Below are positions 59,806 to 64,000 of a stretch of 64,000 nucleotides of DNA, piece after piece. The first letter of the stretch is position 1. Every line of letters starts with the position of its first letter. Source of the DNA: an uncultured Nitrospiraceae bacterium (GTDB lineage Bacteria > Nitrospirota > Thermodesulfovibrionia > Thermodesulfovibrionales > UBA6898); contig CAWEQH010000010.1 of assembly GCA_963811165.1 (NCBI GenBank), positions 480,001-544,000 on the forward strand, written 5' to 3'. The notes beneath the pieces are model-generated. The model worked only from the letters and a program-made list of their open reading frames with translations. It did no database searches and was not told the DNA's origin. The translations under genes were made by a program, and so were the position numbers.

Positions 59806-60981
59806 ATGAACAAGATTGTACTGAAGACAGAAATAGAGCAGAGATTGCACAACCTCCAGGGACGTCTCGAAAAAGCGGGAATAGACGGTGCGCTCCTGGT
59901 GTATCCAATCGACGTATATTATTTTACGGGATCGAGGCAGAACGCGGCTCTTTGGGTCCCCGCTGAAGGCAGACCGACACTCCTTGTGAGAAAGAGTTTT
60001 GATCGCGCCCTGAAAGAATGTCTTATTGAAGACGTGCGCCCCTTTCCTTCAGGCAGGGAACTCCCCGCTTTTTTCGGTAAGGGGGCCCTGCGGATCGGCC
60101 TTACATTCGACGTGCTGCCCGTCCATCAATACCAATTTTACTCGGACCTTCTGTCCGGAAAAAAATTCGCGGATATTTCAGCAGTCAACCGCGAACTGCG
60201 ATCGGTAAAATCCGCATGGGAGATCGAACAGATGCGCACGAGCTCAAAGATCCTCTGCGGGGCTTTTGCCAGGGTGCCCGAAATCTTAAAACGAGGCATG
60301 CGGGAGCTGGATCTGGCTGCCGAGTTCGAATACCTCTTGAGGAGGTCGGGCAGTGACGGATATCTTCGCATCCGCGCGTTCCATCAGGAGATTGTAGGTC
60401 TCGCCGTGGCAGGAGAGAACGCCGCGATGCCGGGATGCTTTGATGGGGCGGTCACCGGCAAAGGGCTTTCGAGCGCAGCCCCTTATGGATCTTCTAAGGA
60501 CTTGATTCGCGAAGGCGAGCCGATTATTATCGATTATGGACTGATCTATAATGGGTATATCGTCGACATGACGAGGATTTTTGCCTTTGGAGGACTCGAT
60601 CCGGAACTGGAGAAGGCCTTCGATATTTCCCTGGAGATTCAGGCGTGGCTCGTAGAAAACCTAAGGCCTGGAAGCGTGTGCGAGGAACTCTATGCTGGCG
60701 CCGCGGCCATCGCCGATTCTGCCGGCCTGGCGGACAAGTTCATGGGATACCCAGGGGAACAGGCAAGATTCGTGGGCCACGGCGTCGGTCTCGAACTGGA
60801 CGAACTCCCTGTACTTGCTAAGAAATTCCAGTCGCGTCTTGTATCGGGACAGACCGTCGCCATCGAGCCAAAGTTCGTCTTTCCGGGTAAGGGCGTAGTC
60901 GGTATCGAAAATACTTACGCTGTCACTGATTCGAGTTGTGAGAGACTCACACTCCTCCCTGACCAGCCGATGTACTTATAG
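59806..60981 (+). CDS. Xaa-Pro peptidase (M24) family protein
   Basis: RSVKSAWE, GYIVDMTR, GHGVGLELDELP, AIEPK, GIENT. Confidence 0.93.
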   Translation: MNKIVLKTEIEQRLHNLQGRLEKAGIDGALLVYPIDVYYFTGSRQNAALWVPAEGRPTLLVRKSFDRALKECLIEDVRPFPSGRELPAFFGKGALRIGLTFDVLPVHQYQFYSDLLSGKKFADISAVNRELRSVKSAWEIEQMRTSSKILCGAFARVPEILKRGMRELDLAAEFEYLLRRSGSDGYLRIRAFHQEIVGLAVAGENAAMPGCFDGAVTGKGLSSAAPYGSSKDLIREGEPIIIDYGLIYNGYIVDMTRIFAFGGLDPELEKAFDISLEIQAWLVENLRPGSVCEELYAGAAAIADSAGLADKFMGYPGEQARFVGHGVGLELDELPVLAKKFQSRLVSGQTVAIEPKFVFPGKGVVGIENTYAVTDSSCERLTLLPDQPMYL

Positions 60982-61308
60982 CAGTTCCCGAGAGAGACTT
61001 CACCTTTTATGTTGGGTTAAAAATGCATCTTCCTAATCTTTATTGCTCTCAATAGAAGTTTCTACTAATTTCAAAGTTTCGTATCAAATATTTGTATTAA
61101 CCCGTTGCAAATAGCCGATAGTCCTTTCATTTCTTGAATACAGGATATTATTTATCCTAAATAGTCTGATTTCATCTTAATTGGCCTAAAAACACTATAT
61201 AGCGCCTTTGTAATTACTCCGTAAACGGAATATAGTTATTTTAAGAGTTTGATATATTAATTAGGGATATCGAAAAGATAAAAGGATATCCGGAAAAAGG
61301 AGAATACT

Positions 61309-61605
61309 ATGGAGATCAGAGATTATTGCACAAACGTAACGGCAGAATTGTCAGGATGGAAGGCCAGAGTAGATGACGTGGTCAAGAAACTGGATCATGC
61401 TTCGACAGGGGACAAGGAAAGGGTGGTCCCGGAAGTCAATGAGTTGCACATGCTCGCAGACGAGCTTAACGACAGGATAGAAGGGCTGACCCGGACTTGT
61501 ATGACGAGTTGGCAACCCCAAAGGGAAGCCGGTCATGATGTCATCTGGCCTGAGCAGTCAGCAAGACTGTGGGAAACCATATCGCAAAGCGATATAGGGG
61601 GATGA
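61309..61605 (+). CDS. Hypothetical coiled-coil protein
   Basis: 98-aa ORF with SD AAGGAG and a downstream terminator. Confidence 0.75.
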   Translation: MEIRDYCTNVTAELSGWKARVDDVVKKLDHASTGDKERVVPEVNELHMLADELNDRIEGLTRTCMTSWQPQREAGHDVIWPEQSARLWETISQSDIGG

Positions 61606-61637
61606 CCCTCAACGGAGCATGAACCGGTAAATTACTG

Positions 61638-61668
61638 AAGGCCATCCAGGGTTCGGGATGGCCTTTTT
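61638..61668 (+). terminator. Intrinsic terminator
   Basis: AAGGCCATCC...GGATGGCCTTTTT. Confidence 0.75.
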
Positions 61669-61697
61669 AATGCCCGGCGACGGAAAGTATCTTCGAG

Positions 61698-61803
61698 TCA
61701 GTCCCAGTCCAGGCGCTTGTTGCCCTTCGAGCCCCCTGACGGATGTAACATCCTGACAGACTTCGAGTGTACCCAGGTAATTGCCTTTGTCGTCCTGCAC
61801 CAC
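61698..61803 (-). pseudogene. Remnant of a PAS-domain (DUF438/PAS_10-like) C-terminus
   Basis: VQDDKGNYLGTLEVCQDVTSVRGLEGQ, then a one-base shift gives KRLDWD-stop; no N-terminal part upstream. Confidence 0.55.
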
Positions 61804-61985
61804 ACCTTTTACCATCCGGCATTCGCTTTTTTAATATTGCGCTTCATATAATCGTGGCGTATTATATTTTCATACAGGGCAGTTTTTTCAGCCGATTGAA
61901 TACAAAAAACTACATCAAGAGGGCGGGAGATAATATGCGCTTGCTGCTACCTGTTCGATGATCTGTATTATAGGGGGATCTTTAT

Positions 61986-62786
61986 ATGGAAGGTAAATAT
62001 AAAATTACGTCAAGTCGCGACCGCGAATTAAATAGCAAATTTGTGTGTGATGACGAGACGTACGAAGTCGCAACAGAAGATTTGGGCGTCAAAAAATGCA
62101 AAATCGTCACCAGGATATATTTAGGGGGAGAGATACTTTCCTCGACGACTTATGATTACGCTCATTATATCGCACTCCCCGATCTTAAGGATAAACTCAA
62201 GTCCATTATGGAAAAACAGCACAAGGCTGCAAGGGAAACATTCATAGGAGAGCGCTCCAGGCCGAGAAAATCGAAAGCCCATTATGCCCAAACAATCAAG
62301 CGATACCTGGCAGGCAACGACAAGAAAGCTGCTCTTACGGTAGCCGAAGAAGCTCTTAAGAGCTTCCCTTCCGACCCATTTTTCCTTTCCCACTACGGCT
62401 ATCTGACGGGATCGGTAGAAAAGAGGTGGCGGGAAGGGGCAAGATTGTGCGAGGAGGCGGTCAAATTTTTGAGGGCGTCGCAATCCACTGACATGGTTTT
62501 TTTTCTGCCGATTTTTTATCTCAATTTGGGCAGGGTCTATTTGAACGTCAATAAAAAAGAGGCCGCGTTAAACGCCTTCCGGGAGGGGTTGCAATTCGAT
62601 TTTTCTGATAGCGAGTTGCTCTCTGAGATAAAAAGTCTCGGTCTTAGAAAAGGGCGCGTAGTCCCTTTTCTGGATCGCGGGAATCCCATAAATAAATATT
62701 TGGGAAAGCTCCGGCATAACCTGCAAAGACCAAATGACGGAGTTTACACGACACAGAAGTCAGAGGCGATATGGGACAGGATATAG
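61986..62786 (+). CDS. Hypothetical protein with C-terminal TPR-like repeats
   Basis: FLSHYGY, FYLNLGRVY..A..AFREGL, PFLDRGNPINKYLG. Confidence 0.75.
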   Translation: MEGKYKITSSRDRELNSKFVCDDETYEVATEDLGVKKCKIVTRIYLGGEILSSTTYDYAHYIALPDLKDKLKSIMEKQHKAARETFIGERSRPRKSKAHYAQTIKRYLAGNDKKAALTVAEEALKSFPSDPFFLSHYGYLTGSVEKRWREGARLCEEAVKFLRASQSTDMVFFLPIFYLNLGRVYLNVNKKEAALNAFREGLQFDFSDSELLSEIKSLGLRKGRVVPFLDRGNPINKYLGKLRHNLQRPNDGVYTTQKSEAIWDRI

Positions 62787-63041
62787 AAGAAGACCAGACA
62801 TCGAAAAATTTATCGATTGACAGGACGGAAGGAATAAGCTTATCATAGGTCAACAAGGTGATGCGCAAAAAGCCAAGATAGAGGCCTACCAAAGCTGTAA
62901 CACATCTTTAAAGTCCCGCAGGTCTTCGGTGTTGTTCCGACTTCGCTATCAGTTTTTAGACATCTATACTATTAAAATTAAAACAGAATTGCGGGCTTGC
63001 AGACAATATGTCCTGACAGCCCTTGACAGAAAGAGGGACAC

Positions 63042-64000
63042 ATGAGTTTTGATTCGTTTAATCTACATCCGCAGATCGCTGCCGGCATCAGGACGCTCGG
63101 CTATCATACACCAACCCCTATCCAGAACCAGGCCATTCCGAAGGTCCTCGAAGGACGCGACGTCATGGGCCTTGCGCAGACCGGCACGGGAAAGACAGCT
63201 GCTTTTGCGCTGCCCATTCTCGAGCGCCTTATGAATGGTCCGCGAGGCCGCGTCCGTGCCCTCGTCGTCGCACCGACACGAGAGTTGGCGGAACAGATCC
63301 ATGAGGCGATGGGTGACCTGGGACGGCAAACGCGTCTGCGGAGCACAACGATCTACGGCGGTGTGAGTATAAATCCTCAGATACAGAAGTTGCGTACCGG
63401 CACCGAGATCGTCGTCGCCTGTCCCGGTCGCCTGCTCGACCATATAAGCCAAGGGACGATCGACCTGACGCACGTGGAGGTACTCGTCCTTGACGAAGCC
63501 GACCGCATGTTTGACATGGGCTTCCTGCCTGATGTCCGTAAGATCATCAAACATGTGCCGGCAAAGCGCCAGACGCTCCTTTTTTCGGCAACCATGCCGG
63601 AAGATATCCGGCGACTCGCACACGAAATCCTGCGCACCCCGCTGACTGTACAGGTCGGACACGCCGCTCCTGCCAATACGGTGAGCCATGCGCTCTACCC
63701 CGTCGACCAGCATCTAAAGACAGCGCTGCTCCTCGAATTACTTCGCAATACGGACACAGAATCGGTCCTGATTTTTACGAGGACCAAACACCGCGCGAAG
63801 CGCCTTGGTCAGCAGTTGGAAAAAGCAGGTTACCGTGCCGCATCGCTGCAGGGGAACCTGTCTCAGAACAGGCGCCAGGAGGCGCTTGACGGCTTCCGGA
63901 ACGGTTCTTACCAGATTCTCGTGGCCACCGATATTGCGGCCCGCGGCATCGACGTCTCAAGCATATCGCACGTTATCAACTACGACATGCCCGGCACCGC
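63042..64000 (+). CDS. DEAD-box RNA helicase (RhlE-like), partial; runs off the window end
   Basis: Manual translation: PTPIQ, AQTGTGKT, PTRELA, LDEADRM, FSAT, VATDIAARG. Not in the ORF track. Confidence 0.95.
   Translation, partial: MSFDSFNLHPQIAAGIRTLGYHTPTPIQNQAIPKVLEGRDVMGLAQTGTGKTAAFALPILERLMNGPRGRVRALVVAPTRELAEQIHEAMGDLGRQTRLRSTTIYGGVSINPQIQKLRTGTEIVVACPGRLLDHISQGTIDLTHVEVLVLDEADRMFDMGFLPDVRKIIKHVPAKRQTLLFSATMPEDIRRLAHEILRTPLTVQVGHAAPANTVSHALYPVDQHLKTALLLELLRNTDTESVLIFTRTKHRAKRLGQQLEKAGYRAASLQGNLSQNRRQEALDGFRNGSYQILVATDIAARGIDVSSISHVINYDMPGT

Noticed and set aside
62911..62998. Long-range pairing AAGTCCCGCA / TGCGGGCTT upstream of the DEAD-box helicase
   Set aside because: Short imperfect match that could be chance; no known motif recognised.
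255..63960. Many long antisense or alternate-frame ORFs in the track (e.g. 255-788, 7123-8442, 30481-31428, 63063-63713)
   Set aside because: They shadow well-supported genes and carry no motifs of their own.

Overview
Chromosomal window of an anaerobic or facultative bacterium. The gene content and order suggest Nitrospirota (Thermodesulfovibrionia-like); this is an inference. Most of the window is housekeeping or metabolic: amino-acid biosynthesis (proB, cimA, lysC, a thrC-like/sulfur-carrier/NIL cluster), an acyl-CoA dehydrogenase/ETF/fabD cluster, glgC, class II RNR, the ispE-tRNA-Gln-prs-rplY-pth cluster, norCB, zwf, mntH, nth, ftsY, putA, a cold-shock protein and a partial DEAD-box helicase. 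I found no CRISPR array, prophage or intact IS. The standout is an ORF missing from the ORF track on the minus strand (42991-42869, strong SD). It encodes MKKTVSREALVKEAAFWTALKKAAKENPGKL-CHK-UGA-KG-UGA-KS-UGA, with three in-frame UGA codons every third codon in register with a Cys. A SECIS-like hairpin and an intrinsic terminator follow it, and it sits directly upstream of a radical SAM/SPASM enzyme coupled to an ICMT-family methyltransferase. This is a candidate selenocysteine-rich RiPP system. A UxxC peroxiredoxin-like selenoprotein 5 kb away, split in two by the ORF track, independently suggests the organism decodes UGA as Sec.
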